Shown here piece after piece: positions 18,636 through 28,895 of a stretch of DNA of 64,000 nucleotides. The notes beneath the pieces were generated by a model. The model was given only the letters and a program-made list of their open reading frames with translations, was not told the DNA's origin and searched no databases. Each line of letters opens with the position of its first letter. Positions within the stretch are counted from its first letter, which is position 1. Both the position numbers and the translations under genes were made by a program. The stretch is from an uncultured bacterium (GTDB lineage Bacteria > Chloroflexota > UBA5177 > JANWHV01), in assembly GCA_963729625.1 (NCBI GenBank), contig CAVSOU010000007.1, forward strand, positions 544,001 through 608,000, in the 5' to 3' direction.

Positions 18636-19540
18636 TAACTCTCCGAATCTGGGCGCAAGACGACATACAGCCCCACAGCGACGGCCAGCATGATCGCCGC
18701 GCCGACCCAGCCGATCGCGGCGGCGTAGCCCATGGGCTCCGCATTGAGGAAGGCGAGGTTATACATATAGACCGTCCAAGGGTGCTGGGTGTCCTGGGAC
18801 CGCATGACCAGGTACTCGACCAGCACGCCCATTGCAGTGCTCAGGCGAAGCACCAGGATGATCATCAGCATTGGTTTGAGCAGAGGGATGCTGATCCGCC
18901 ATGCTATCCGCCACTCTCTGGCCCCATCGATGCGGGCCGCCTCGTACAGCTCCGAGGGGATAGCCGCCAGCCCCACCATGAAGAAGACCGTGTGGTAGCC
19001 GATCCCCCACCACCATTCCATGAAGGCGATGCAGGGGATTGCCCAGGTATCGCTGCCAAGCCAGAGCGGCGGATGCGACCAGCTGGCCACATGCAGGCCG
19101 TCGACCAGGATCCAATTGAGCAGCCCCTGATCGGGGCCGTAGATCCAGCTCCAGAGGATGAAGACCAGGGGTCCCGGAATCAGAGCCGGAATGTACAGGA
19201 GCGTGCGGTAGACGCTGGAAACCAGCCTGTTCCGCACCCGATCGAGGAGAATGGCCAGGAAGAGCGGGAACAGCACGCCGCCGGGGATAAATATCGCGGT
19301 GAACTCTGCCGCCTGCCCGATGCCCTGCCAGAACACCTGGTCGTGCAGGGCGTTGTCGTAGTTGCGCAATCCCACCCAGTGCGTGTCCGCAGGGAAGAGA
19401 TTGCGGTAGTTTGTGAAGCTCAGCCAGAGCACGCGCAGAATCGGCCAGCCCTGGTAGAGCACCAGGAATCCGACCAGCGGCAGGATGAAGAGGTAGCCGA
19501 CCGCATAACGCCGGGCAGCGCGGATCATTGTCGACCCCAT
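18635..19540 (-). CDS. Carbohydrate ABC transporter permease
   Basis: ELYEAARIDGA loop, TM helices. Confidence 0.93.
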   Translation of the reverse strand: MGSTMIRAARRYAVGYLFILPLVGFLVLYQGWPILRVLWLSFTNYRNLFPADTHWVGLRNYDNALHDQVFWQGIGQAAEFTAIFIPGGVLFPLFLAILLDRVRNRLVSSVYRTLLYIPALIPGPLVFILWSWIYGPDQGLLNWILVDGLHVASWSHPPLWLGSDTWAIPCIAFMEWWWGIGYHTVFFMVGLAAIPSELYEAARIDGAREWRIAWRISIPLLKPMLMIILVLRLSTAMGVLVEYLVMRSQDTQHPWTVYMYNLAFLNAEPMGYAAAIGWVGAAIMLAVAVGLYVVLRPDSES

Positions 19541-19800
19541 GCCTACTGTGGGACGGCTTCAAATTAGTTCAGGGCCCATTATCGCATCTGACGCGTAGCG
19601 GCCACAAATCGCGCCTGACCTCCCAGGCCGCTACGCACCACGCACATGCCGAATTGACTTCAGACGGTTCCAGGCAAGTGCCTGCACGTGTGGCACGTTG
19701 GCGTAGAGGTGCATGTCGTACATCCGCCTGGAGCGCACGGGCGCGCGCACGCGACCTGCATCGTAGGTGCCCCGCCTACGCAAACGCACCACACCTACCA

Positions 19801-19836
19801 GGCGGAGACGGCAGCCGAAGCGCTGCCATCTCCGCC
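19801..19836 (-). terminator. GC-rich stem-loop after the SBP gene (stabiliser or partial terminator)
   Basis: GGCGGAGA-C-GGCAGC...GCTGCC-A-TCTCCGCC inverted repeat. Confidence 0.55.
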
Positions 19837-19844
19837 CACTGCGA

Positions 19845-21278
19845 TCAGCCGCCAGTCTGCACCTTGAGCTGCGACTGGAACTGGGACGCCGTCTTCTGCA
19901 TGGCCTGCTCGGGGCTGACCTTGCCTTTGAGGGCGTCGGTGAAGTTCGTGACCAACGCTCCGTTGAGACCCAGGGAGAACCCGTAGATACTGTTCTCGAC
20001 GGCCTTGCTGGCCGCCAACTGGGAGTAGGCAGCGAAGACCCAATCCGGCGCCTTGCCCTTGAGCTTGGGGTACATGGAGTTGAACGGCGGGATCTGGCCC
20101 GAGGTGATCACTTCCTGCGTCCAGAAGCGCGGGTCGGAGAGCAGCCAGGTCAGCCAGTTTGCCCCCGCTTGCTTGTTGCTGCCGTACTGGAAGAGGCCTG
20201 CGCCGGTGTCCCAGAAGACCGAGCCGCCGGCTCCGCCGGCCGCCGGTTTGGGCAGCCTGGCCACGCCTACGTCCTTCATGCCTCCGGTGCTCTTGGGCCA
20301 GAGCAGCGCATCGTGCACGATCGAATTGGGGTACTTGAAGATCATCGCCACGCGGCTGGCCTTCAACGCCACGTCGTCGATGGTAGCGGCCTCGACCGCG
20401 GTGCCAGTAGCAAAGAAGTCGGGCGGCGTGTACGGGATGATGCCCTTGCAAATCTTGATCGCCTGCACGAAGGCCGGGTTGGTAAAGTCCGGATTGCCGT
20501 CCTTGTCGTACACGTCCAGGCTGATGCTGTGCACCACGGGCATCAGGGAACGCCAGGGGTGCCAGTCGAACGTGGCGCCGGCCACCGTGAACGCGCCGCT
20601 CTTCAGATGCTTGCTGTTGATTTGCTTGGCGGTAGCCGTGAACTCCTCCCAGGTAGACGGGATCGCCGTGACTCCCACCGCCTTGAACATGCTCTTGCGC
20701 CATTGCAGGCTGGAGATGTCGAGCAGGATCGGCCAGTCGTACATCTTGCCGTTGATCATGCCCTCGTCCTGCACGGACTTCGGCATGTCGTTCTTCACGC
20801 TGGCGGGCATGTAGGCGTCCCACGGCTCCAGAGTACCCGCCGCCTGTAGCTGCGACATCTCCACGAACGGCGTCATGCCCACGTAGACATCCCACGACGA
20901 GGTCTTGTTGCGCGCTTCCAGCAGGAACTTCTGCGTGCTGAAGTTGCTCTCAGGAGCGACCTGGATCTGTACCTGGGCGTCCGGATTCTTCTTGTTGTAC
21001 TCGTTCGTGAGCGGCTGGATCTGCGGGTTGAAGTTGAGGATCCACTGGTAAAAGCCCAGTTTGGTTACGCCAGAGGCGCCGGCACGCTGCGTCGCCGCGG
21101 CAGCTTCGATATCGGCGCGAGCGGTGGCCGGATTGTAGGCCTTGACGAAAGCCCCAATTGCCGCGGCCGACAGGCCGAGCTGGCCGGCGCGCTTCAGGAA
21201 CTTGGCACGCGTGGTCTTCCCGGCGCACAAGCGGTAGAACTCTTCATATACTGGCTCGTAGTCGAAATCCCCGTGCAT
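19845..21278 (-). CDS. Sugar ABC transporter substrate-binding protein
   Basis: Tat-like leader (TRAKFLK), family-1 SBP features, adjacent permeases. Confidence 0.88.
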   Translation of the reverse strand: MHGDFDYEPVYEEFYRLCAGKTTRAKFLKRAGQLGLSAAAIGAFVKAYNPATARADIEAAAATQRAGASGVTKLGFYQWILNFNPQIQPLTNEYNKKNPDAQVQIQVAPESNFSTQKFLLEARNKTSSWDVYVGMTPFVEMSQLQAAGTLEPWDAYMPASVKNDMPKSVQDEGMINGKMYDWPILLDISSLQWRKSMFKAVGVTAIPSTWEEFTATAKQINSKHLKSGAFTVAGATFDWHPWRSLMPVVHSISLDVYDKDGNPDFTNPAFVQAIKICKGIIPYTPPDFFATGTAVEAATIDDVALKASRVAMIFKYPNSIVHDALLWPKSTGGMKDVGVARLPKPAAGGAGGSVFWDTGAGLFQYGSNKQAGANWLTWLLSDPRFWTQEVITSGQIPPFNSMYPKLKGKAPDWVFAAYSQLAASKAVENSIYGFSLGLNGALVTNFTDALKGKVSPEQAMQKTASQFQSQLKVQTGG

Positions 21279-21391
21279 CGATATACTCCTTCAAGATCTT
21301 GCAGCAGTCCATGGCAACCTGACACGACTTGCGGCCTGCCGTACGCAGTAACACACGATCTCAGCCCGTCTAGCTGCCATGTCCAGAGCGT

Positions 21392-21405
21392 CCAGGTTAA
21401 CCTGG
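21392..21405. promoter_or_regulatory. Perfect 14-bp palindrome, candidate operator
   Basis: CCAGGTTAACCTGG in the divergent intergenic region, abutting a minus-strand TGcTATACC -10-like box. Confidence 0.45.
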
Positions 21406-21666
21406 TATAGCACGTTCGCGAATGGCCAGACTGCGACGACGACGATGCATGCCGATTGATACCTCAGACTGGTGAGCATCCAGCAGCGGATTGACCTCGC
21501 CCGAGACCCCCCTTCCCTTGGGCAGACCGTAGCGCACATTGCGCATCCACCATGCTATGGTAACTAGTGCCACAAGAATCGGGAAGGACCGCCAACAACG
21601 CGGCGGAGCGGCGCCGGGCACTGAGCGACCGATCGGCCGCGGCTGGCACTACGAAGGAGGGGTAGG

Positions 21667-22596
21667 ATGCGAAGACCAAGCAAGGTTGCCGACGGCTGGT
21701 GGGACTACACGACGCTCGACGACGAGCTCCTCGCCGATGCCGCCGGCCTTTCCGCCGCGGACATCGAGCAGCTGTCACGGCCCGGATTCCAGGTCACGAT
21801 GTATGACACGCTGGAGTCCTTCTATCTGGCCGAAGCCCTCGAATACGTATCTGCTTGGCGGCACGCGACGTCGGATTCGCCTGCCGGCATCTGCGGCCCG
21901 GTCGGTCCAACCGAGCAGTTGCCGCTCGTCGCGCAGATCGTGAACGAGCTGGAGATCGACGTGCGAAACGGGCACTTCTGGGCCATGGACGAGTGGTACC
22001 AGGACGGGAAAGAGGTCGCGATCACGCACCCCCTGAGCTTCGGGCGCGCCGACCTCGAGCTGTGCTTCAATCGCATCGACGCAAGGTTGCGCATGCCCGA
22101 GGAGAACCTGCATTTCATCACTGCCGCCAATCTGGCCGACTACACGAGGTCATTCGACACGGCGCGCTGTCTTGTGATGCAGGGCGGCCAGGGAGAAGTG
22201 AAGCACTGGGCGTTCAACGATCCGGTCCAGCGGCAGGGGCGCTGGAAGGACGAGCCCCCGTCCCCGGCGGAGTACCGGACGCTCTCTGCCCGCGTGGTGA
22301 CCCTCCATCCCATGACAATCATCCAGAACGCGCGCACGTCCGGCGGCGGCGTTGTCTCTAACGTGCCTTCCCAGGCACTCTCCGTCGGTCCGGTGGAAAC
22401 CTGGAAGTCGGAAAACGTCTCGATCTGGCAGGCCGGCCTGCACGACAATCCCTTCGGCATGCGACTGACCGCGCTGATGATCTCGAAGCACTTGCCCGAC
22501 TCGGCAGTGCCGATGTCGCTGCTCGCCGATCATCCCAACGTGCGATTCAACTACTATCGGCCGGGAATAGGGACGTGCGCGGCGGAAATGCACTGA
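21667..22596 (+). CDS. Glucosamine-6-phosphate isomerase/deaminase-like protein (divergent NagB family)
   Basis: GPVGPT, FWAMDEW, HWAFNDP motifs; GAAGGAGG RBS. Confidence 0.8.
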   Translation: MRRPSKVADGWWDYTTLDDELLADAAGLSAADIEQLSRPGFQVTMYDTLESFYLAEALEYVSAWRHATSDSPAGICGPVGPTEQLPLVAQIVNELEIDVRNGHFWAMDEWYQDGKEVAITHPLSFGRADLELCFNRIDARLRMPEENLHFITAANLADYTRSFDTARCLVMQGGQGEVKHWAFNDPVQRQGRWKDEPPSPAEYRTLSARVVTLHPMTIIQNARTSGGGVVSNVPSQALSVGPVETWKSENVSIWQAGLHDNPFGMRLTALMISKHLPDSAVPMSLLADHPNVRFNYYRPGIGTCAAEMH

Positions 22597-22782
22597 AACG
22601 CGGCCGACGGTATGTCTCTTGGGCAAGCTCAACGGTCCCTTATTGGCGATTGCGCGCGTGACTGTACGTTGCACATAGGCCATCTGCAGACGACATGGCC
22701 GGTGTGGTGCCACGAGGATGACATGGTAGGATAACCGCTGAACCTTACTTGAGAGGTATGAACGCGAAAGAGGAGTGAGTCC

Positions 22783-23163
22783 ATGGCAATTGAGATCATC
22801 GCGGGCGAGAAGGCTCCAAAGCCGGCCGGGCCATATTCCCCGGCTGTGCGCTGGGATCACCTGGTTTTCACGGCCGGCCAGGTTGGCGTGGATCCTCGCG
22901 TGGGAAAGCCTGTTGAGGGCGGTATTCGCGAGCAGACTCGACAGGTGCTCACCAATCTCCGCAACGTGCTCGAGGCCGCGGGAACCGATCTCCAGCATGT
23001 AGTGAAGACGACGTGCTTTCTGCAGGACATCGGAGACTTCGCGGCCTTCAATGAGGTGTACCGGGAGTTCTTCCCGGCGAATCCGCCTGCGCGAAGCACC
23101 ATACAGGCATCGCTGGTGCTCCCCTACATCGTCGAGGTTGAAGCGATTGCAGTGCGCGAATGA
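22783..23163 (+). CDS. RidA/YjgF family imine deaminase
   Basis: APKPAGPYS, AGQVG, VVKTTCFL, PPARS, VEVEAIA. Confidence 0.93.
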   Translation: MAIEIIAGEKAPKPAGPYSPAVRWDHLVFTAGQVGVDPRVGKPVEGGIREQTRQVLTNLRNVLEAAGTDLQHVVKTTCFLQDIGDFAAFNEVYREFFPANPPARSTIQASLVLPYIVEVEAIAVRE

Positions 23164-23259
23164 GCGTGCGACGTGCGTGCGCGCACAAATGACGGAGAGA
23201 CGTCAACCTGCCCGCCGGGAATAACCAAACGCAGTAGCCAGGGAGGGCACCTGGGCCGC

Positions 23260-24552
23260 TCAGCCGCCAAACTGCTGTTGCAGCGCCAGGACATTGGCGA
23301 CGTAACTCTGCGTCTCGGGTAGTATGCCAAGATTGTCGACGCTCGCCATGCCCTGGTGGTAGGCCGCGATCGCGTGCTGGGCGTCGGGATATACCTTCAA
23401 GTAGTACTGCAGCATGGCGACACCGGCGCGGACATTGTCGACCGGACTATACGGATTTATGGTGGTGCCCAGGAGCGTGTTGCCCGCCCAGGTGACGGAA
23501 TCGGGCATCAACTGCATGATGCCCATGCCGCCATCCGAGGCGGTGATCATCTGCCAGCCACTCTCCTGCCACGCGATCGCCTTGATCAGGGATGGAGCGA
23601 TGCCTGCGCGCTGCGCTTCGCTGACGAGTATGGTTTCCACCTCACCTTTGGTCACAAACGGCTCGTGGCCGCCCGGTACGACAAGACCCTGACCGACCTG
23701 CAGCAATGATTCGATACTGATACCGTTCCTTGCCGCCAGCGCTCCGGCAGATGTGCCGAATCGCCAGCCGATTCCCGAGAGCGTGTCGCCGGCCTGAACG
23801 ACGTAGACGCTGGTCTGTTGCGGAGGTGCTGCCGGTTGCGGTGTCACGGCGGCGGGCGCCGGCTGTACCGCGGGAATCGACAACACCTGGCCAATGATGA
23901 GGTACGCGGTCGGGCTGATCCTGTTCGCCGACGCGATGGCTGAAGCAGTAACGCCGAAGCGCTCCGCCAACGCGGTAAGTGTGTCACCCGACACAACCGT
24001 ATACACCACTCCGCCCAGCGAGGCGGAGGCGGGAGCAAGGATGCTGGCCGTGGCGGTAGCTTGAGGCTGTGCCGTGCTGCTCGGCGTTGCGGGCGGGGTT
24101 GGACTGGCGGCAGGCACGTTGACCGGTGGGTTTGGGATAACGAGCTGCTGACCGACCCGGATCATGAACGGCGAGCCAAGGGCGTTAATCTGCGAGAGCT
24201 TTTGGAACTCGACACCATACCGTTGACCGATCGCGGTGAGCGTGTCGCCCGGGCGCACGACATACGTGGTACCGTTCAATGGCCTGATCGCCGGACCCAG
24301 CGGCGAACCGGGCATGGCAATGGTCAAGGTCTTGCCGGGCCGTATGAGATTGGGATTGGCGATGTGATTGGCTTCTGCCAGCGCCTGGACGGTGGTGCCG
24401 TAGCGTTGGGCAATGGCAGTCAGCGTGTCGTAATGTTGCGTTACATAGGTGATGCGATCGGCTCGCGCATCATGCACGAGGCAGGTGGTGACGATGACTG
24501 CACTGAGCGAAGCCGTGCCTAACAGGCTGCGGAAGGGTCGTTGGTGTGACAT
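23260..24552 (-). CDS. Secreted 4xLysM + SLT lytic transglycosylase
   Basis: Four LysM repeats (YxVxxGDTLxxIA type), AWQES catalytic Glu, GIMQLMP, AAYHQG. Confidence 0.92.
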   Translation of the reverse strand: MSHQRPFRSLLGTASLSAVIVTTCLVHDARADRITYVTQHYDTLTAIAQRYGTTVQALAEANHIANPNLIRPGKTLTIAMPGSPLGPAIRPLNGTTYVVRPGDTLTAIGQRYGVEFQKLSQINALGSPFMIRVGQQLVIPNPPVNVPAASPTPPATPSSTAQPQATATASILAPASASLGGVVYTVVSGDTLTALAERFGVTASAIASANRISPTAYLIIGQVLSIPAVQPAPAAVTPQPAAPPQQTSVYVVQAGDTLSGIGWRFGTSAGALAARNGISIESLLQVGQGLVVPGGHEPFVTKGEVETILVSEAQRAGIAPSLIKAIAWQESGWQMITASDGGMGIMQLMPDSVTWAGNTLLGTTINPYSPVDNVRAGVAMLQYYLKVYPDAQHAIAAYHQGMASVDNLGILPETQSYVANVLALQQQFGG

Positions 24553-24651
24553 GTATGCCCCCGATGCTTTTGGCCCAAGGGCCTTACCATACTAGGTGGG
24601 GCAACATTCCGCCAGTGCGTTGTCAACCCTGGAAGCAGAGATTCTCCGTGC

Positions 24652-25341
24652 CTAGCGACCCTCAAGCAGTCGCCGAAGGCGCGCGATCTCGGCGTCTCTG
24701 CGCGCGATCTCTTCCTCGACCTCGTCTTCTTGGTGCATGCGTCGCCCGTCTGCCAGGTAGACCTCGACCATCGCGCCCACCACTGCGAGTTCGAGCGGGA
24801 CCTGCTCGCTCCGGTAGCGTCCGTCTGCGGCGGGCTCCCAGGGACGATACGCCCCTTCGCGCAGGCGCCACCCACGTATCCGCTCGCGCAAATAGAGGCC
24901 GGAAGGATCCAGCGCCACATACTCCTGCACGCCGGCCCGGGCATAGCTGTAGCCTTTGCCGCGGACCATGTCGATATCGGCCTCGCACGTTGTCTCGCTG
25001 AGCACCTCCACGATCAGGACCGGCGGCCCGTCCACTTCGATCATGTGCGATCCGCGATTGGGGTCGATAGCGCGTGGATAGACGAAGACGTCGGGGTAGG
25101 TGCGAACATACGAGCCGTCAGGTCGCCTGCAGCCCAGAAGCAGCTCCTGCGTCAGAGCCTGCCAGCGAACGGGCGCCCCTGGCTCCCTGCTGATCCGCGC
25201 GGCGCCATTGATGCCCAGTCGCAGATTCGTGATCGCCGCCTGGTGCAGGTCGGTTCCCAAGATACTCTCCTCGGTATCGTCCGGTGGCCAGGGCTGGACC
25301 GGATACGGGGGCCAGGCTGGGGTCTGCGGTTCGGTTGCCAT
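24652..25341 (-). CDS. Uma2 family (DUF820) endonuclease-fold protein
   Basis: PDVFV, PVLIVEVLS, YARAGVQEY, C-terminal coiled coil. Confidence 0.88.
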   Translation of the reverse strand: MATEPQTPAWPPYPVQPWPPDDTEESILGTDLHQAAITNLRLGINGAARISREPGAPVRWQALTQELLLGCRRPDGSYVRTYPDVFVYPRAIDPNRGSHMIEVDGPPVLIVEVLSETTCEADIDMVRGKGYSYARAGVQEYVALDPSGLYLRERIRGWRLREGAYRPWEPAADGRYRSEQVPLELAVVGAMVEVYLADGRRMHQEDEVEEEIARRDAEIARLRRLLEGR

Positions 25342-25400
25342 CGTCTCGCCTCCTGGCTCTACTGTACCACGCCAACTCCCGGTTCAGGCTCGACTTCCCA

Positions 25401-27491
25401 TCAGGTTGACGTGTCTGCCTCCGCCAGAATGGCTATGCCGCGCGACTGCAGCTCGAGCATGCCATCGTCGTGCAGACAGCCGGTGAGCAAATCGCGGAAC
25501 GCCCGGGGCAGCGCAATACGTGCAGGCTGTTCAGTATGGTTGAGCACCGTAATGTAGGCGCCGTCCTGGCCCTCCCGGCAGGTCACCTCCACTCCGGCCG
25601 GCGCCTCCAGAGGCGCTTCGATGCCGGCGTCGCGGATCAGCATTCGGATCAGTGCCGCGACGAATGCCGGCTCGGGCCGCGTGCCGACATAGACGCCGCG
25701 GCCACGTCCAACTCTGTTTTCAGTTACCGCGGGGCGACCACTGTAGAAGTCATCCCCGTAGCCGGCCAGCGCCGTCGCGCCCTCCAGGTGTAGCAAGTCG
25801 CACCACAGATCGCAGGTGTAGGTCCCTTCTGGCATAGGGCTTCCGCCCTGCACGACGAGCCGATTGGACATATCCGGCTCCAGCGGATCGAACTCCTCTA
25901 CCCAGATTCCGAGCGTCTTCCGAAGCGGTCCGGGGTAGCCGCCCAACCAGGCCCGGTTGTCGTCGTCGACGATGCCGCTGAAGAAAGTGGTCAGAAATGT
26001 GCCGCCTTCCTCTACAAAGCGCCCAACTGACTGAGCCTGGCCTTCGGTGACCATGTGGAGCAGCGGCGCAATTACCAGGTCATAGGCTGACAGATCGTGG
26101 TCAGGCGCAATAATGTCGACCGGAACATTCTGGTCCCACAGCGCGCGATAGTAGGTCAGTACTTGCTCCACGTAGTCCAATGAGGAGCTCGGACCAGGTT
26201 TGAACTCCACGCTCCACCAATTGGGCCAGGAGAACACCAATGCCACCCGTGCCCGGATGCGCGTGCCAAGCATGGTGGCGCCAAGATTGCGCAGCTCGGC
26301 TCCCAGGGCCGCGACGTCGCGAAAGACCCGGGTGTCCTCGCGGCCCGCATGGCTGATCACGGCGCCATGGAACATTTCGGCCGCGCCGCGAGACTGCCGC
26401 CATTGAAAGAACATCACGCCATCTGCGCCGTGAGCGATGGCCTGGTACGAGAGCAAGCGCATCGCACCGGGGCGCTTGAGGGGGTTGTGCGGCGTCCATT
26501 GCACCTGGCTGGGAGTCTGTTCGATCAGTACCCACGGCGCTCCTGCCTTGAGGCCGCGCATCAGGTCGTGCCGAAAGGCAACGGACGCCGGATGGTCGCC
26601 GAGCCGAGGATAGGAGTCCCAGGACACGATGTCCAGGTGCGGCGCCCAGGCGAAATAGTCGAGCGGCTCAAACGTGCCCATAAGGTTTGTGGTGACGGGG
26701 ATATCGGGAGTTTGCTCACGCAGGATCTCCACTTCGCCGCGATAGCACTCGAGGTTCATCTCGGACATGAAGCGACGATAGTCGAGAACGAGTCCCTGCA
26801 TGCTCTGCTCGCCGCGAGCAGTCGGGGGTGCGATCTGCTCCCAGTCGGTATAGGTGTGGCCCCAGAACGAGCCTACCCACCGGCGGTTAACCTCACTCAG
26901 GCTGCCGTAGCGCGCGCGCAGCCAGTCCCGAAAGCGTGTGGCGCAGCGAGGGCAATAGCAATATGGGCCGTATTCGTTGCTGATGTGCCACAGGAGCAGT
27001 GCTGGGTGCCGGCGATAGCGTTCCGCGAGGCGGCTCACAATACCCCTGCCAAGGCGGCGAAAATCAGGGCTGGTCGGGCAATAGTTCTGCCGTCCTCCGT
27101 GCGCACGCTGGAGTCCGGACTCGTCCACCGGAAGTACATCCGGGTAGGCTGCCGACAGCCACGCCGGCTGAGCGGCAGTCGGCGTGGCCAAACACGCGCG
27201 CACGCCGTTCTCGGCCAGCAGAGCCAGGATCCGGTCGAGCCAGTCAAATGTGAACGTAAACTCGCTCGGTTGCAATGATGACCAGCTGAAGATCCCGACT
27301 GACAGGGTATTCACACCGGCACGGCGCATCAAGCGCATGTCGTCTTGCCAGATGGTCTCGTTCTCGTAGCCTTGGGCCGCATCCCACTGCTCCGGATTGT
27401 AGTCCCCGCCATACAAAGATGCGCCGACCTCGGTGCCGAAATAGGATTCCGCGTTGCGCCGGCCAGGCGCACGCGAAAAGGTCTCAAACAT
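25401..27491 (-). CDS. Beta-galactosidase, GH42
   Basis: GGDYNPEQW, WHISNEY, IEQTPSQVQW, FFQWR, EMFHGA. Confidence 0.95.
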   Translation of the reverse strand: MFETFSRAPGRRNAESYFGTEVGASLYGGDYNPEQWDAAQGYENETIWQDDMRLMRRAGVNTLSVGIFSWSSLQPSEFTFTFDWLDRILALLAENGVRACLATPTAAQPAWLSAAYPDVLPVDESGLQRAHGGRQNYCPTSPDFRRLGRGIVSRLAERYRRHPALLLWHISNEYGPYCYCPRCATRFRDWLRARYGSLSEVNRRWVGSFWGHTYTDWEQIAPPTARGEQSMQGLVLDYRRFMSEMNLECYRGEVEILREQTPDIPVTTNLMGTFEPLDYFAWAPHLDIVSWDSYPRLGDHPASVAFRHDLMRGLKAGAPWVLIEQTPSQVQWTPHNPLKRPGAMRLLSYQAIAHGADGVMFFQWRQSRGAAEMFHGAVISHAGREDTRVFRDVAALGAELRNLGATMLGTRIRARVALVFSWPNWWSVEFKPGPSSSLDYVEQVLTYYRALWDQNVPVDIIAPDHDLSAYDLVIAPLLHMVTEGQAQSVGRFVEEGGTFLTTFFSGIVDDDNRAWLGGYPGPLRKTLGIWVEEFDPLEPDMSNRLVVQGGSPMPEGTYTCDLWCDLLHLEGATALAGYGDDFYSGRPAVTENRVGRGRGVYVGTRPEPAFVAALIRMLIRDAGIEAPLEAPAGVEVTCREGQDGAYITVLNHTEQPARIALPRAFRDLLTGCLHDDGMLELQSRGIAILAEADTST

Positions 27492-27562
27492 GGAGATATC
27501 CTTCCTCAAGGTTCAGGGAAACCGGTGACGTATAGTATAGGTGTCGCCAGATCCCCGGGTAA

Positions 27563-28513
27563 ATGCCGATCGCGGCCATGAAATTGCACAAAATCGCTAC
27601 GACCTTCGAATCCGGCGCGTCGCCGCCGCCGCAGCTCCTGGTCACCGGGCACTTCAGAGCAGGTCCGGGGTATCACGTGGTGCGCCCGCAAGGCTCGCCA
27701 AACTGGTATGCGTCGCTGACTTTGCGCGGCCATGGCATCTATCGCAAAGGCGGAGTCGAGCGACTGGCAGAGCCCGGCGACCTCGTGCTCTTGAGCCCGC
27801 GTACCCCGCACGACTACGGCGTTCCTCCGCCGGGCGGCGCCTGGGAGCTTATCTGGGCGCATTTCAACCTTCGTCCGGCCTGGCTCACATGGCTGCACTT
27901 GCCCGAGCTGTCCGATGGCCTCTTCGCCCTGACCTTTCGCACTCCCGGTGCGTTCCAACGCGCGCGCCGGGCCATGTTGCGGTTGCACGGCGACGTGTGC
28001 GGCGCGCTTGGCCTGCCGGAAGATTTCGTCCGAAAGGCGCCCGAACCGGATCCATATCACGAGTACCTGCCTGAACTGGACGCGATTCAGCTCGATCTGG
28101 CGCTGTCAGGCCTGGAGGAATTGCTTCTACTCGCCACGCGAGAGAGCAAGCTGCAGAGCCCGCGATCGCTCGATTCTCGCGTTCAGCAGGTTCTGGACAT
28201 CATGTCAAACGACCTGAATGGGAGGCATGACATCAACGAGCTCGCGCAATCGGTTCGGCTGTCGCCTTCGCGTCTCGCGCACCTGTTCAAGCAGCAGACT
28301 GGCGAGACAATAGGCTACACACTGCTCAGCCTGCGCATGCGCCGCGCGGCGCTCCTCCTGGAAGCCACGGGCGTGTCGATCGGCGTGGTAGCGGAGCAGC
28401 TTGGATACTCATCGCTGTACTATTTCAGTCGCCAGTTCCACCAGCACTTCGGCGTGAGCCCGCGGGCATTTCGCGAGGCGCTGGAGAGCTCGGCTGCTCG
28501 CCCGCGCCGTTAA
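27563..28513 (+). CDS. AraC family transcriptional regulator
   Basis: N-terminal cupin-like domain; LSPSRLAHLFKQ...GYSSLYYFSRQF...GVSP HTH. Confidence 0.93.
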   Translation: MPIAAMKLHKIATTFESGASPPPQLLVTGHFRAGPGYHVVRPQGSPNWYASLTLRGHGIYRKGGVERLAEPGDLVLLSPRTPHDYGVPPPGGAWELIWAHFNLRPAWLTWLHLPELSDGLFALTFRTPGAFQRARRAMLRLHGDVCGALGLPEDFVRKAPEPDPYHEYLPELDAIQLDLALSGLEELLLLATRESKLQSPRSLDSRVQQVLDIMSNDLNGRHDINELAQSVRLSPSRLAHLFKQQTGETIGYTLLSLRMRRAALLLEATGVSIGVVAEQLGYSSLYYFSRQFHQHFGVSPRAFREALESSAARPRR

Positions 28514-28895
28514 CCTCAGCGATTTTGTGCAACTTGGTAGCCGTGGGGGCCATTTACTGCCTCTTCGGCTGCCGCCTATACTTTACGGCACTTGATGACG
28601 AGGACTCTTTATGCGATCCTTGGTGATCAGCCATGCAGGTTCCTCAGTATCAGTTGGGCGGTGCGCTGGCCGCCAGGGAGAAAGGAGTGTAAGGCAGAAT
28701 ATCACACCGGGGCTGCGAGCGCGCGCGATGCGGTGCCTCGAATGCCACGCGCTAACCCGAAGCAGCACGGACTGGTAGGAACTGGCCTTATCGGGTGCCT
28801 TCGACTCGCCATGGATTGACCGGGAAACCGGCGGATTTCGCCATCGCTCACCGATTTGAGCGAGGGCACGTTCCTAGCTCAGCGAGGAGTTACAG

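Noticed and set aside
24652-25341. Uma2 nuclease or vapBC as part of a defence island
   Set aside because: Both are isolated among housekeeping genes and are common multi-copy families
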